From NCBI GenBank assembly GCA_008632985.1, contig QPGO01000041.1:372001-436000 (forward strand): DNA of 64,000 nucleotides, given 5' to 3'. Positions within the stretch are counted from its first letter, which is position 1, and every line of letters begins with the position of its first letter. A program made the translations under genes and the position numbers. This document shows positions 50,044 to 62,899 of the stretch, in pieces. The notes beneath the pieces were generated by a model. The model was not told where the DNA came from. It saw only the letters and a list, made by a program, of their open reading frames with translations, and searched no databases. Source of the DNA: Psammoneis japonica (Eukaryota).

Positions 50044-52650
50044 TCATTCGCTCGTATGGTACGTACGTAGGGCCCTACGCACATACAGCGGAGTCGTGGG
50101 TCGTCTGTCCACCGACCCAATCTTGAAATTCTTTTCACGCCACGTCGCCCCGAGTTTCAAGCTCGTTGCAGTGAGGACCACAGGCGGTCTGTGGATGTTG
50201 GAACAACCATAGATTACTTCAGCAGCACATGGTTGATTGTTGTGAAGATGGTCACCCCTGAAGCTTGTGCCAGTCTCTGGTGCAAGTGCACCGGAGAACC
50301 TCACTTTGGTGCACTCAGCAGATTCAGTCGTTGTTCTGTGGTGGCTCACAATTTGGTCGCTGGTGGTTTTGTGAAGACTGTTGACTGAACTCTTGTTGCT
50401 GATCATCAGCAGATGCTCTCTGCTTTGCATTCTGTCTGAGGTGTTGGTCTGGAGCAAGTGGACATCTCCAGCCAGTGCACGAGGAAGACACTCGGAGCAG
50501 CTTTGTGGATGCGCGAGCGCTTCGGCTGGTGGCGTGCACCGTTGATGTGCATTTTGACTAAATGTTTCTACATGTGCAAACTTTTTATGAACTCCAATTT
50601 GATAATTGGCCATGTGTGAAGATTGAAAGATCAATTTCCCAGCTTTCCAGTGATCATGTGTTGTTGCTGGGGTTCCGACCAATTGTCCTGCGAAGGGGCC
50701 GCCAGCCAAAAAGTCCCTGAATTGCTCCTGACCACTTGCATCTCCCTCCTCAGTCAGTTCATCAACTTCAAAAGTTGCAATGCCATCCATGTTGACAAGA
50801 ACAGGAGCATCAATTGGCGTGTGGAGACCCCTTGGTTGATGGGGTCATCTTCTGTGGTGAGTGAGCCAAGTTTGCCATCAACTCCTGGACACAGCGGAGT
50901 GCATTTCAAGCTTCTTCACTTTGTTGCTGCAATCATTTGGCTCAGCCTTGCACTGGTGTCCCAGATCTTTCTCTTCCCACTGCCTCTTGCTCAGTTGGCT
51001 CTGACAATCTGACTTTGTTGGGTCGGTTGGTGCTGCTGTCTTGGGTGCACACTGCAGGATGATGTTGTCCCCCCCCCTCCTCTTGGCAATTTGAGTGATG
51101 TCTCGGAGTCTCTTGGTTTGGAACCACAAGCTGTGCCTGACATTCCCCCAGTTTCCTCCAAAGAAATTGAGAAATTCTGATCAGTGCTGTCTCCCATGAA
51201 CTCATTGAGCAGCACTCCCACACCTGTCCCAACAGTCAACAACTCTTTCAAGAAGGCCGCTTGGGAGAGGAATTTGTTAAAATGCATCTTTCCAATTGAG
51301 TCTGATCTCAGTTAGATCAACCCTTTGGCAAGGACAACATTCATCATTTGTTCACTTCTGAAGCCACTTTTCATCATGTCTTGCTTCCCCTTTGGAAGTC
51401 TGGTTTCTTGCACGACTTGGCTTGTGGGAGAGAGTGTTTTTCCATCCACTGGCCAAGTTGAAAATTGGCACGACCTCTGCTGCACAGTGCCAGATGCCTT
51501 GCATCTTCAGGTTCTTCTTTGCGAATGTGGTGGTGTTGACTTCAACACCCCACATGGATGCCCTGTGTGTTGGGCATCCAAGGAAGATCTCAACAGGGAT
51601 TGCACATGCCAGACCATGGCTTGTCTTCTCCATTTTGATTGCAACATGGCATCCTTAGTGCGATGGGTTGGCCGTTTGCACATTGGTGCACATCTCGTGA
51701 CATGACAAAAGTGTGTCCTTTTTGGATGGCAAGGTTGATTGTAAAGTCATCTCTGCTGTCAAACAGATCTTCCAAAATGGTGTTCCGGCCCATTGTGCTG
51801 GTCACAAGGTGGAGGAAAACTTTAAAGCTTGCATCTGCTGCAGAAATCACCCATTGGTTGAGGTTGATCCAGCCAAGATGCACAAGGCACTGACCAAAGA
51901 TTCTAAGTGCAGCTTTGTTCTCATTTTTGACAGGCGAATCACATTTCATTTGTGTTGAATTGTCGCTTGTCGCCTCAGACTCTCGTGGATGTTAACAAGT
52001 TCTTGTTCAAGAGCCATCACCTGGTTTTGGACAGCACATTCCATCCTTTTCCATCTTCCATGGGCATCAATGATTTTTGTCTCTGTGGTTTGAGCCCCCT
52101 CACTCCAAAGCTGCTGCCCAGATTGACTTTGTGCACTGGGTCCATAACTTGCAGATGTTGCACCCAGTGCACGACATCTTCCCAGTTGATGATGATGCTG
52201 CTGAAGCATGTTGCACGATGAAACACAATCCAAATTTTGTTGGCATGTGCACCTCCATCCAGTGTGGGTTTGGAGTTGCTCAGACTGGTTGCAACTTTGG
52301 GGACACCCCCAATCCACACAACTGGGATGATGGGGGTTGGTTGCAGTGTTGCTGACAGCTTGCCCAACATGCTTTCCACATTCCAACAATTGTTGAGATC
52401 ATGTGTCCATTCCTGCCGGTGCTCCAATTTCCACTGGCGCTGAAAGTAAAATTGGTTGCTGAGCGTGTTGTGGAGGCAGAGGGTGATGGGGACGATGGTT
52501 CGCAAGTGTTGTTAATGTCGGGAAGCTCATCCTTTTCAAAATCTTCTTCTGTCAAAGCTGCAGGTGCTTGATCCTCCATTTTGTTCTTTGTTTCTTTTGT
52601 TTTGTCAACATAACTGTCTTTAACATTTTGTGAAATCTTCCAATGGGAAG
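50044..52650 (-). pseudogene. Large decayed gene of unknown family; body TpA/CpG-depleted
   Basis: Begins with KMEDQAPAALTEEDFEKDELP in normal-composition DNA. Continues as fragmented ORFs (52017-52505, 51590-51949, 50044-50790) in depleted DNA. Confidence 0.5.
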
Positions 52651-52842
52651 GCAATCTAGTCGAAGGCTTTGGAATTGAAGAAATGCCATTATAGAAATTA
52701 GGTATTAGGATGGCTTGCGAAACAAAAAGAAAGCTCCCTACACGATGAATCGATCGAAATCGCTCTGGCTTCTGCACAGCATATAATAGACTTTGGATTT
52801 TGTTATATCTTTCTATGGTATACCAGGTAATGGCTGACGTCC

Positions 52843-53547
52843 TCAAACTTCAAAAGTGTCGGTCGCGTCGTCGCTGGCCGCCCATTCCAAATCCGACCAC
52901 GAGGAAACAACCGAGCCGTAACCAACTTCACTCACGTCTGATGTATAAGCAATGTCATAGGCCAGTTCATTTTCCAACCGCTTGCGTTGCAAAAGAGTAT
53001 ACAATACTTGCTCCACCACATCATCACCGACTCCACCTCGTTTCTGGATTTTCTTGTGAATCATCGTCAGAACCACGAGCAGTCCAACAAGGCAATACGA
53101 CGATAGACCAAATCTGTGATGAGATGAGTTTGAATTTTGCGTGCGATTACCCTGATTCTGTTCATCGCTTTCGGCAAGAAGGGCTCGACCCGACTTTCCA
53201 TCATCGTTTCTCTTCTTCGCAACTTCCGAATGCGCCATTGAGTTTCGCGATTCTTTTGTGATTGCCTTTACGATCAAGCCTATCTGCTGAGGCAAAGAGT
53301 TCTCTGTTGAAGATTTTCGTGGAACAAGAAGAATCGCTTTGGGGAATTGATCCAAGGACGGCGCCTTGCTGCTTTGAAGGCGTAACGCCATTGTGCTCAT
53401 TCTTCGATTCTTTCGTCTTGCTGAGCTTCTTTTTGCGCTAGCCACGAATGGGGGCGGTGACGATGTTAGCATCAAGATCAAACCAAAAATGCCAAGTGCG
53501 CTTCCGACCATTTTAATGATTGGTGGTTGATTTCTCAGATTCGTCAT
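52843..53547 (-). CDS. Small membrane protein of unknown function
   Basis: 234-aa ORF with an N-terminal hydrophobic segment and one further TM. Normal composition. Confidence 0.65.
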   Translation of the reverse strand: MTNLRNQPPIIKMVGSALGIFGLILMLTSSPPPFVASAKRSSARRKNRRMSTMALRLQSSKAPSLDQFPKAILLVPRKSSTENSLPQQIGLIVKAITKESRNSMAHSEVAKKRNDDGKSGRALLAESDEQNQGNRTQNSNSSHHRFGLSSYCLVGLLVVLTMIHKKIQKRGGVGDDVVEQVLYTLLQRKRLENELAYDIAYTSDVSEVGYGSVVSSWSDLEWAASDDATDTFEV

Positions 53548-53799
53548 GATTTGTGGTGTTATCGTTGACTACTCGACCAAGTTGCGTGCAAGGGGAGAGA
53601 TTTAATTGTCGGCTTTACCGTATCGCTTTTTCTCTCGCTGGAAATCGACAGTGATAAGGCATGATTGCAGCTGTTTAGGATGACTGTGCGAAAAGGTTTT
53701 TTACTCTGTTTCAATCGAACATTGCCATCGTGCCGGAAACCTGTCATGGGTACACTCCCCCGGAGTTTATTTTTTATGCGGGCTTGTCTGGAAACATGG

Positions 53800-54255
53800 G
53801 TTATGAGCACATTTCACGGAGCGCGCGGTGCGCCCTGCAACTGGCGGCATTCCCGCACCCCATTCTTCGACTCTGCCCAGGCCTGGCACCCCCAAGATGC
53901 CTCTCCTCCGTTCCACTCTGCCGCCACTGCAGCCATCTCCGTGCCTCCCTCTGCTGTTCCCTTCCATTCTGTCTGGGCTCTTCAAAACTCAATGTTTTAA
54001 ACCAAGTCCAAGTCCAGCTGCAAAACGGCACTTCATTGCACACGGCATTGAAAAAGCTCAGAGGCGGAGACAATGCGATGCGATGGCGGAAGACATGCCT
54101 GTTGTGGATGAATCATCTGGTGATGAGCTGCCACTTCCACCTGCAGCTCCTCCCATGCCACTGAGCTTGTCTTTTCTCTGCTGAGAGCTTCTTGTTCAAT
54201 GGCAAAAACCAAACAAGAGCTCTGCCAGACAAGATCATGAGACACTCTCTCTGTG

Positions 54256-54290
<35 letters not shown>

Positions 54291-55690
54291 TGCATGCCAT
54301 GACAGGTCAGTCCAGGCACTGAGCAGTTGAAAGTTTTTTGGGTTCGACTGATCTTCCATTCTCCTCTGTGCTTTCCAAAATGTGGGCCCCGCTTTTTTGT
54401 CTGGGAGATTCCTCCTTTTGTTGAAAAATTGTCCCCTTGAAAACCCCAAGCCTGGCTGCAGTCTTCAAGTTGAAAGTTGACTGGCTGCCATCAAAAACAG
54501 AGAAAACCATGGGGTCATGCACCACACAGCATGTGGACAATTTGCCAAGAGCATTGCAGGGGGGGCTTCATTGTGGCTGTTTGTGGTTCAGGCAAGAGCA
54601 CGGCATGACATCTGTGCGCGCAAAGAGGCAGCGATGATTCTTCACCCTCCACACACATGGTGCAGGCAGTGATTTCATTTTTGTTCTCTTCTTGGCTTTT
54701 GTTTTTGCACAACTGTCCATCACTTGTTCCTGCTTTTGCCTCAGGAATCTCCGCATGTGCATGGGATGCTCACTGTTGCCAAAAAATGGCTGCAGCAACA
54801 AATGCGCCCAAGAGTGGATTCAGAGCATTGGGCAAAAATGTGTCGCTGACTTTCTCACTCACAATGTTGCCACTCATGCAAGTGTGCACTCATGCCAGCA
54901 AGGTGGGCTGGCAACCATGGCACTTGAGGTGATCAACAGAAGCGTGAGAATGTGAAAGGGGCGCAGGGGTGGCAACAGCAAGTCGAGATGGCAGCATCAA
55001 TGCAAATTGGCTTCCTCCAACAAGAGGCTCTTGAGAGCCAACCAAACAAAAAATTGACCATCTTTGCATGCCTTAACTTGTGCAGCATGTGCACAGTGCT
55101 TTCAGACACTTCTTTTGAAACTGTGAGAGAGAACATTTTGGTGCGTGCCCTGTGGAAGATGGGTGCCTGCACACAACAAAAAATCAACCAAGGAGCATGA
55201 GAGAAACACAAAAAAGGGTTGCATTGGGTGCAGATGGAAAAGATGACAAACAGTTTTTTTTCACAATTCCACTTGACAAAGGAAAAATGATGACTGGACA
55301 TGTGCAGAGTCCCACTGCACGTGAGCCCTTGTTTTGCGGCTTGACACATCATGGCAATGTGGTGGTTGGACAGATGGTGAGAAAGACTCCTGAACACTGC
55401 TTGAACAAACTGCTGCACATGCAACAACAATCTGGGGGATTTTTTTGGAGAGCTGTCTTCCAAACAATGCACTGCACTGTCCATCTGTGCATTTGGGTCT
55501 CGTCCAGTGCACAACTTCTGCCTGTGTTTCAGAAAACACAAACGACAAAACATGCAAACCTTGGGATTCTGTGCAGCGTTCACCAAAACCCCAAACACAC
55601 TGATTGACAGATTGTTTCAGCACAAATTAAACAGCACTGCATGCCAAAGATGCTCCCCAATCGGAAATGAGACTGTCGAAGAAAGTCATG
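53800..55690 (+). mobile_element. TpA/CpG-depleted element remnant, possibly a MULE-like transposase
   Basis: Strong depletion. RAVFQTMHCTVHL resembles the MULE (Y)CxxH motif. (CT)n tract at about 54244-54289. Confidence 0.35.
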
Positions 55691-56445
55691 GTAGATAGAA
55701 TTTGCACTGAAATAGTCTGTGTCAATTAGTGCGGTGGGTTTAGTCTACTTGGGGTAGGGCCCTACCCGCGTGCGGCGTGCTGGGAAGACCCCAAAACGCA
55801 CTGACGATCAGACCGCCTTCGTTTTCAGATTTATTCTCCGGGGTATAGACTCCGAACCGGGGTACAGATGCCATGTTCTGCGTGGGTGGCGTCAAACTCG
55901 CAGCAGAGAATATCGCCGCTGAACGTCATTGATGAGTAAAAACAACGAAATTTATCTGTTTTTCATAAAATTAAACCTTTTGCATCGATCTTCAGTAATA
56001 AATCTATTATCGTGTCTACTACTCTAGCTAGCTAGAGGTAACCCTGCTGGACCAACCGGAAACTAACGAGCGATCTGACCGTATTACTGAGACGTTTTGT
56101 GAAGAAAATGGATGAAAAGTAGCAAGCGCGAAATTTGCCAAACTTGGTGTTTTGCCTACCCAGATGCAATCCTTTATTTCATTGCGGTCGATTCAGAGTC
56201 ACTTCTTAGAAGTGCTACTAACACGATGATTCCCCAAGCAAATCTTTGCCCGTCGCAACAAGTTATGACTCGCATTACGGCTACCATATTTGGTCTCGGG
56301 CTACGGAATGGATGAAAATGGAAAAGTTCTTTTTACAGTGCATCATCATACTATCTCGATCGTTCAATTTTCGTGGGGGTTTTCCTCTATTCGATGCCAT
56401 TTCTTGCTCCGTCTGCTGTCTGTCACTCCCTAAAGTCTCACACTT

Positions 56446-57549
56446 TCATATGAACTTGTCAATAAGTTTCAATAGTCTTCGAAATAGCCACACTCTTGGC
56501 TGGACGGCAACTTTCCTTGCTGGTGCGTCAAAGGCTTGGAGCCAAGGGTCCAGATCCTCCTGCAAACCGACTAGTCCGTCGAGGGAATACACATGAATCT
56601 TGTTCAACCCTGCTTGCTTGGCTGCACCAATCTGAGAACGGACTTCCTCAATGTCAGTGATTGGGTCTCCCACGACGATCCCAGCATCTCCAACGACTCC
56701 AATATCAATTGCGGCTCTGTCTCCAAAGTACCGCACCGCATCTCTTCCATAGGTATGCACAAGATAGGGAGTGAGGCCATCTCCCAGCAATAACTCGGCA
56801 ACTGTGGTATACGCCAAGAAGGAAACCTCGTCCCACGGAATTCCGTCCACGGGTGTATTGAACATATCCTGGATTGTGGAATCGCGTTTGAAAGTCTTCT
56901 CTTTGAGATCATCCAATACAAAGGGAGCGGTTGTCACCATTACTTGAAAATCTATCGAGTGAAGTTCATCCACCAGTAATTTGAATTTCTCCTTTGCAAT
57001 GTCATAGGCATCCATGTCTCTGTTACCCTGTAGCACTGCAAAGAATCCCGCGAGATCTCCTTCATCCACCAACATTTGTAGGGTCTCGGAAGTTTGAAAA
57101 TCAGTTTCCATGTCGACTACGATCCATGTAATGGGCAACTCTAATTCTTGAATCCAACTGGCCAGTTCGAGGGCTTTTTGTGAAAAGAGATCCACATTCT
57201 TTTCATTGGGCCAATACCCGTCCTCTTCCCTCAAAGTGAGCCACAACCGAACTTCGATTCCTGCCGTGCAAGCCAATTCCTGCAAAAGGGTGGCATACTC
57301 TGTATCACCAATGTTGACACTGGGAATTCTCTGATAAATCGAAATGCCATTTCGTTGCAAGGCCGGGATTTGTGAACGAACCTCCTCGGGTGACAGAAAT
57401 TCGCTCCAAACCGCAAATGGCGAAGGATTCAGGGGGAGACAATCTTGTTGTGCGGTGGGTTCCGCACAACAACAAGTCGACAACAAGGACAAAACAAGCA
57501 ACAAAAGCATCTTCCTCTTTCGAAAGGAACAAGAGGCTTTCATCTTCAC
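56446..57549 (-). CDS. Secreted protein with a probable TIM-barrel (glycoside-hydrolase-like) fold
   Basis: Intronless 367 aa, signal peptide, alternating beta/alpha pattern (VRLWL, GYWPNE.N, WIVVDME, WDEVSFLAYT, IHVYSLDG). Confidence 0.65.
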   Translation of the reverse strand: MKMKASCSFRKRKMLLLLVLSLLSTCCCAEPTAQQDCLPLNPSPFAVWSEFLSPEEVRSQIPALQRNGISIYQRIPSVNIGDTEYATLLQELACTAGIEVRLWLTLREEDGYWPNEKNVDLFSQKALELASWIQELELPITWIVVDMETDFQTSETLQMLVDEGDLAGFFAVLQGNRDMDAYDIAKEKFKLLVDELHSIDFQVMVTTAPFVLDDLKEKTFKRDSTIQDMFNTPVDGIPWDEVSFLAYTTVAELLLGDGLTPYLVHTYGRDAVRYFGDRAAIDIGVVGDAGIVVGDPITDIEEVRSQIGAAKQAGLNKIHVYSLDGLVGLQEDLDPWLQAFDAPARKVAVQPRVWLFRRLLKLIDKFI

Positions 57550-57966
57550 AGTCCTCTTGTGTTCTCGATTAGCTGAGCACTGTAACTCTTTCAGGCCTCA
57601 ACACACTCCAATCAACCTCTGTGTTCTCTGTGGTGCGTGTGCGGAATTTTGATTTGGGCTTCGGCATGCAATTTTGAAACGAAAAATTCTGTCCGTCGCG
57701 CAGTTCGATTGTTCACTCTTGGATGAGTCGTGTGGTCGCGGATCACGGTTCAACCGACCGAGCTTGGCTTTCGAAGCGCGCAGCGCGCAACATTTCCCGC
57801 CATTTCTTCTGTCCATCGCTCGTGTTTCCGTGCCCTCCACTCGTCTTTTTGACTCTTTTCAAACGCGACGCAACAAGGAGACTCTCTACTCTACGAAGAG
57901 ACAAAGAGAACAAAACCTTTACTCTTTAGCATCCACAACCCTCGGGTACTGTAAGTAGGAATTGCC

Positions 57967-60248
57967 ATGCCACGAAATCAAGGAACATCCCGAAAAGGGA
58001 AACCAAAAAAGGGTGAACGTGCCGCGGGTATGGGCCGAGCTTTGACAAAGTGAGTCGATCACGATTTTCCCGTTTCGTTATTCATTTGATGAAAACGCTT
58101 TTTTTTCTAACTGCTTCTTTTGTAATTTTTCCACTCTAGATCCCAACAAGCTCGATACCGCCCCAAACAAAATGGTAGCTCCCGTGGTGCAGGCATGGCC
58201 ATGGCACCGGGAACATACTCGATTGGAGTTTCTTCGGAAGAAAACAACAATACCAAGAGTTTGTTGGAAATGGATGATTTAACGGATTTCTTGGCACAAG
58301 CCAACATGGCTGGACGGGAATTTGAATCGGAACGAGAACGGCACATTGTGTTGGATCCAACGAGTCAAGAGTATAATCCACAGCAACCGCGAGTACGTGG
58401 CAAGACAGTAGTCAACCGAAAAAAAGGCCGGAATTTACCTTTGCCGAATTGTCGGTACCACGTCGTCCAGCGTGGGATGAATCGACATCAGCAGACGAGT
58501 TGGATCAAATGGAACGAGAATCTTTTTTAGAATGGCGTCGTGCGATTGCCTTGCGAGAAGAAGAACTTCTCTCGGCCAAAGGTTCAAACGTTTCCGTCAC
58601 GCCCTTTGAGAAAAATCTGGAAGTTTGGAGACAATTGTGGCGTGTCTTGGAACGATCGAGTTGTTTGATTCAAATTGTTGACGGACGGAATCCCCTTTTT
58701 TATCTTCGAAAGATTTACGAACCTATGCCTCACAAGAGCTAGGAAAACCCATGATTTTACTAATCAACAAGTCGGACTATCTTTCGGAAAAGCAGCGACA
58801 CGCTTGGCATGTCTATTTGAAAGAGCAAGGATGGGATCATGTCTTTTTCTCTGCACATGAAGAACAGCAGAAACTAGATGAAGAAGCTGCAGCAGACGAA
58901 AACGCAGTGCCTGGCTACTGTTCAATATGATGATAATGATGAAAAAGTGGACAGTAACAAGAATGAGGCACCCAAGAGGAAGATAACAATGTTGAATCCG
59001 ACTCGCCCGAGACAACCTCGCCTCGTGATGATCCTGTCGGTGTCGTACATCCCTTGACCCGACTAGACTTATGGATTGGCTACATGACTTTGCCGTCCGC
59101 TATGACTGTAAACCAGACGAACGCTACAATGATCGCATTCAGTTTGGAATGGTGGGTTTTCCCAATGTGGGTAAAAGTAGCGTCATTAACGTTCTCATGG
59201 GCAGCTCCAAGCACACGCATGGCTTGGTGCGGGTCGGAGTCGCGTCGCAACCCGGCAAGACAAAGCACTTTCAAACCCTCCTCTTACCATCACCGTCGCC
59301 TCCAATCATGTTGTGCGATTGTCCCGGTTTGGTCTTTCCAAGCTTTGTCTCGTCCACGGCGGATTTGATTGCTGCCGGAGTGTATCCCATTGCGCAAATG
59401 CGGGATCATTGGCCCGTTGTAGAGTTGATTTGTCAACGGATACCTCGAGAGGTATTGAATGCGCATTATGGCATTACCTTGCCAACGCCGTCTCTGCAAG
59501 ATTTGAAGGAACGGGGTCTCGCAGTAGACGGAGGGGTGCTTCCACCGCCCACGGCAGAAGAGTTGTTGGCCACGTATTGCATTGCAAGAAGCATGTTGGC
59601 GGCATCCAGTGGTGTCCCGGATTACCAACGAGCGCACGGATTGTGATTAAGGATTATGCCGACGGCAAACTGCTCTACTGCCACCCACCGCCACTACTCG
59701 GCACCTCCAACGACGCTGTCGAAGAACTGGATGATGATGCCTATCACATAGAAACTCTATACACTGCATTACGCCAAACAAAAAAGCTTCGAAGCAAGCT
59801 GACGCCTCTCTTGAAAGAGCAGCAGCGTCCAAATGACTCTGTTGTTGACGAGACTCGCGAGACGGATAGGCTGCAGGCGGAAAAAGATGCAAACGTTGAT
59901 TCGGGTGATTTGGATTTAGTTGGAATTGAAGACGATTTGGACCTGTTGGATGTCGTTGGTGGGTTTGCCACGTCCGACGACACGAAGAGCAACAACAAGG
60001 CAGGTAACAAGCGAGGAAAAAAGCACAAGACCATGCACAAACATGGTAGAAAAGGGCGAAAGGACCGCAACAAAGACCCGTATGGTTGCCACTCTGACTC
60101 ACCAAACGATATGCTAATGGAGAGTTCAGGTGCTGCATCGTCAGGGGCAATTGTGAACGCTGGAAAGTATGGAAGGCGTGGTTATACGCGACCCAACTAT
60201 GTTGGAGTGAAGAATGCTGTTCAGTATTCATCTAGCGCTGCCAAATAA
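57967..60248 (+). CDS. LSG1: Large subunit GTPase 1 (60S maturation)
   Basis: PRRPAWD, ERESFLEWRR, TPFEKNLEVWRQLWRVLERS, QIVDGRNPLF, GMVGFPNVGKSSVIN, PGKTKHFQT, LCDCPGLVFPSF, GKLLYCHPPP. Intron 58050-58139. Several frameshifts. Confidence 0.95.
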
Positions 60249-60390
60249 GCATTTCACGGGATCAGACACTCGATGATCTTTTTGATTCGGCACTTCAGCC
60301 ATACTGGTATAATACGAACAGCATGAACGTAGGTACTAGCTAGCGTGTTACCATATTGTGACTGAAGAGTCGTGTTATGAATGGTTTTTT

Positions 60391-62322
60391 TTATGCGTGT
60401 TGTCTTAAGCCAAAGAGGTGACTTCTTGGCATTCGGCGGCGTTTTCGTATTAGGAGGTCCTCTTCACCGTATGGAATAGCTGTTAGGCCGACAACTGACG
60501 GAGCTGTTTCGTCGTCACTTTCAAAGTCAGTATCGCTCGGTTCGGAGAGTAATTCAAGGTCTTTGTCTTTGTTGCCTTCGATTGCAGCAGGCAGATAGGA
60601 ACGATCTAAAGAGCCATAAGGGATATCCAGCTCATCTTCAACCAAACGACCATCGTCAAACTCCTCCGCATGCATTTCTTCGTCATCAAACGACTCTTCC
60701 TTCTCTTCTTCATCCTCCTCTTCCACAATTGTCGCAGGCAAAGCGACGGTCCCGACAAAGTCCTCGTCCGTCTGATCGCGCACACCGGGCCACGCCTCAA
60801 TGAGATCTTCTCTTTCACCAAGAACCTTTTCCGGTGTCTTGACAATCGGGATATACTTCAAGACAGAACGAAAGTACCCATAGCAGCGGTATAACACCAT
60901 GATCTTTCGATACATTGGCATGAGACACATGGTGGCCCAGGTAACCTTCAAGTCATCCCGATTGCGCCACACCCAAAAGTTCACCAAAATGTACTTGACG
61001 ACTTGAAGCATGTACAGTACCAACAACAACAAAATGACCCATGTCGTATCCGAGGAGTAAATGATGCGTGCCAAGTATGAAATGTAAATCAAGGCCCCAA
61101 ACAATGTCCAGCCTCCTCTCAAGATGGAGAGTCTAAACAGCAAATTAAACACCAATCCCTTCCGAAACCCCAGCTTTCGGTATTCCTTCCATCCAAATGT
61201 AAAAAAGAGTTTAAAGTGCGTCAGTATTCTTCGGGGAGAGTTCATATCCCATCGACGGGCTCGTTGATTGAACAAATCCGGACTGCCATAACCAGCCACC
61301 ACGGCTGCTTCTGTCTCGCCCTCTTGCTTTTTGCACGTACAACGTCGCCACAGTTTTACAGTCCAAAGCCACCAATCCTTGGGACACAGATCCGGCGGTA
61401 CCTCCGTTCGAACAATTGGTCCCGAATCTTGTTTCATTTTGTACCCGTGCATTAGGTTGAGACGTCCAGCCCAGCCATCTTCCCCGATTGGCAAACCCGG
61501 ATGGATTGAGTAAATTTCTTGAAATCGCTGCTTTCGCCATAATCCCACGGCGCCGTGTGCAAACATTATTGTGGAATGCTGACTGATAAAACAGCGATAG
61601 GTATCTGCCAGTTTGAATTCAAAGTCTTGAAATCGTTGAACCAAATTCATGGTCTCGGGTGTGTTGTCTGGGCCGCATCCACCAATCGAATAGGCCACGC
61701 AACTAACCTTGTCGTCATCAAAGTACGACGAGTCGAATCGCATGGCCCGAGGAATCAAAACGTCATCGTCAATCAGCAACATGTATTCGACGTGATCCGG
61801 CAGCAATCTACTTCCCATCATGAGAGCGACAGCCTTGTGGCCTACGGGCACCCATCTGTATTGAACATGCGGAGACACCTTGCGTACTTCTTCAAGACAA
61901 TTGTCCATGGGTGTCTCTTGTCTTCCATTGTCCATGACTACAATATTCTCGGGTGGAAAGTGATGCAAGGCCAATTCCAGCGTAGCACCAATCACTTCGG
62001 CGCTCTTGTGACACGGAATGACAAGGCCAATCTTGTTGAGAAACTCTCGATTGTCATCATCGGGTGTCTCGTCCACCTGTTCCGGTTTGAATCGGACACA
62101 CAGCGCCACCATGAGCGAGACATAAAACTCAAACCCCACGACAATGATAAAGCGCGGAGTCGAGCTGCCGGCCAAGTACGGTTCCCATAACCATTCAAAT
62201 GGCGTTCTGCACGCTCCCGAGGGCAAGCAAAACGGCCATGACATGATGGCAAGCATGATAGCGTAAAAGGTGTAGCAAAGCACAACCCGTTTCCAATCTG
62301 CCTTGTCCCACGTTAAGCGCAT
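60391..62322 (-). CDS. Processive glycosyltransferase family 2 (chitin/hyaluronan/cellulose-synthase-like)
   Basis: Intact 643 aa. IPCHKS, DNG, GHKAVAL, IDDD, QDFEF, GED, QRARRW. N- and C-terminal TM segments. Confidence 0.85.
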   Translation of the reverse strand: MRLTWDKADWKRVVLCYTFYAIMLAIMSWPFCLPSGACRTPFEWLWEPYLAGSSTPRFIIVVGFEFYVSLMVALCVRFKPEQVDETPDDDNREFLNKIGLVIPCHKSAEVIGATLELALHHFPPENIVVMDNGRQETPMDNCLEEVRKVSPHVQYRWVPVGHKAVALMMGSRLLPDHVEYMLLIDDDVLIPRAMRFDSSYFDDDKVSCVAYSIGGCGPDNTPETMNLVQRFQDFEFKLADTYRCFISQHSTIMFAHGAVGLWRKQRFQEIYSIHPGLPIGEDGWAGRLNLMHGYKMKQDSGPIVRTEVPPDLCPKDWWLWTVKLWRRCTCKKQEGETEAAVVAGYGSPDLFNQRARRWDMNSPRRILTHFKLFFTFGWKEYRKLGFRKGLVFNLLFRLSILRGGWTLFGALIYISYLARIIYSSDTTWVILLLLVLYMLQVVKYILVNFWVWRNRDDLKVTWATMCLMPMYRKIMVLYRCYGYFRSVLKYIPIVKTPEKVLGEREDLIEAWPGVRDQTDEDFVGTVALPATIVEEEDEEEKEESFDDEEMHAEEFDDGRLVEDELDIPYGSLDRSYLPAAIEGNKDKDLELLSEPSDTDFESDDETAPSVVGLTAIPYGEEDLLIRKRRRMPRSHLFGLRQHA

Positions 62323-62899
62323 CTCGACTCGTCTTGCTTATTGCGTTAATATGACATGAGCGAGTCGTCGCCAATGGCGCTGTGGTCAAAAACGGTCGTT
62401 TCTCTGAATATGATGAATTGAAACAGACTGCAATATGGGCGTGTCGTTCCCAATCAATATAACGCTGCTGCGTGTCTCTCTGTCTCTTTATCTCTCTATG
62501 TTGTCGGCGATCGAAATGGACAGCGATGCGTTTCGTCAAAATGGACAGAAGTATGGTTTAGCGTCGTGGCACGATGCTGAGAGTTTCCACGACCAGCTAC
62601 AGTACGTACGGTGGTTGGCGTTTGCAGTCACATTTTGTCGAAACCCGTTTCGGGATGGGTCATTATGGTATGGTGGTTACGCGTCGCCGCGGTCTGTCTG
62701 TACGACTGTTTCTACGCCATCTTGGATCGGCATTACATCAGTCATTGATCAAATAATGACCGGACGAACATTGACGTACTGTATTTGAAATATTTTTGTT
62801 TTAAAAGACGAATAAGATTTATGCAAGTATTCATATTCATGAGTATAAATCTTTGTATGATGTGAATGTGTCTTTCAACATATGCATGGGTCATTGTTC

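Larger units (their letters stand above)
47708..53362 (+). repeat. Segmental duplication (about 47708-48565 and 52520-53362)
   Basis: Long colinear identity, e.g. ctcatccttttcaaaatc..tcttctgtcaaagctgcaggtgct and tctttctatggtataccaggtaatggctgac. Confidence 0.95.

Noticed and set aside
57967..60248. Multiple frameshifts in LSG1, also in SQD1, P4H, the ARM paralog and the metalloprotease
   Set aside because: Single-base indels are scattered across conserved genes whose motifs are otherwise intact. Consensus errors are more likely than pseudogenisation or programmed frameshifting.
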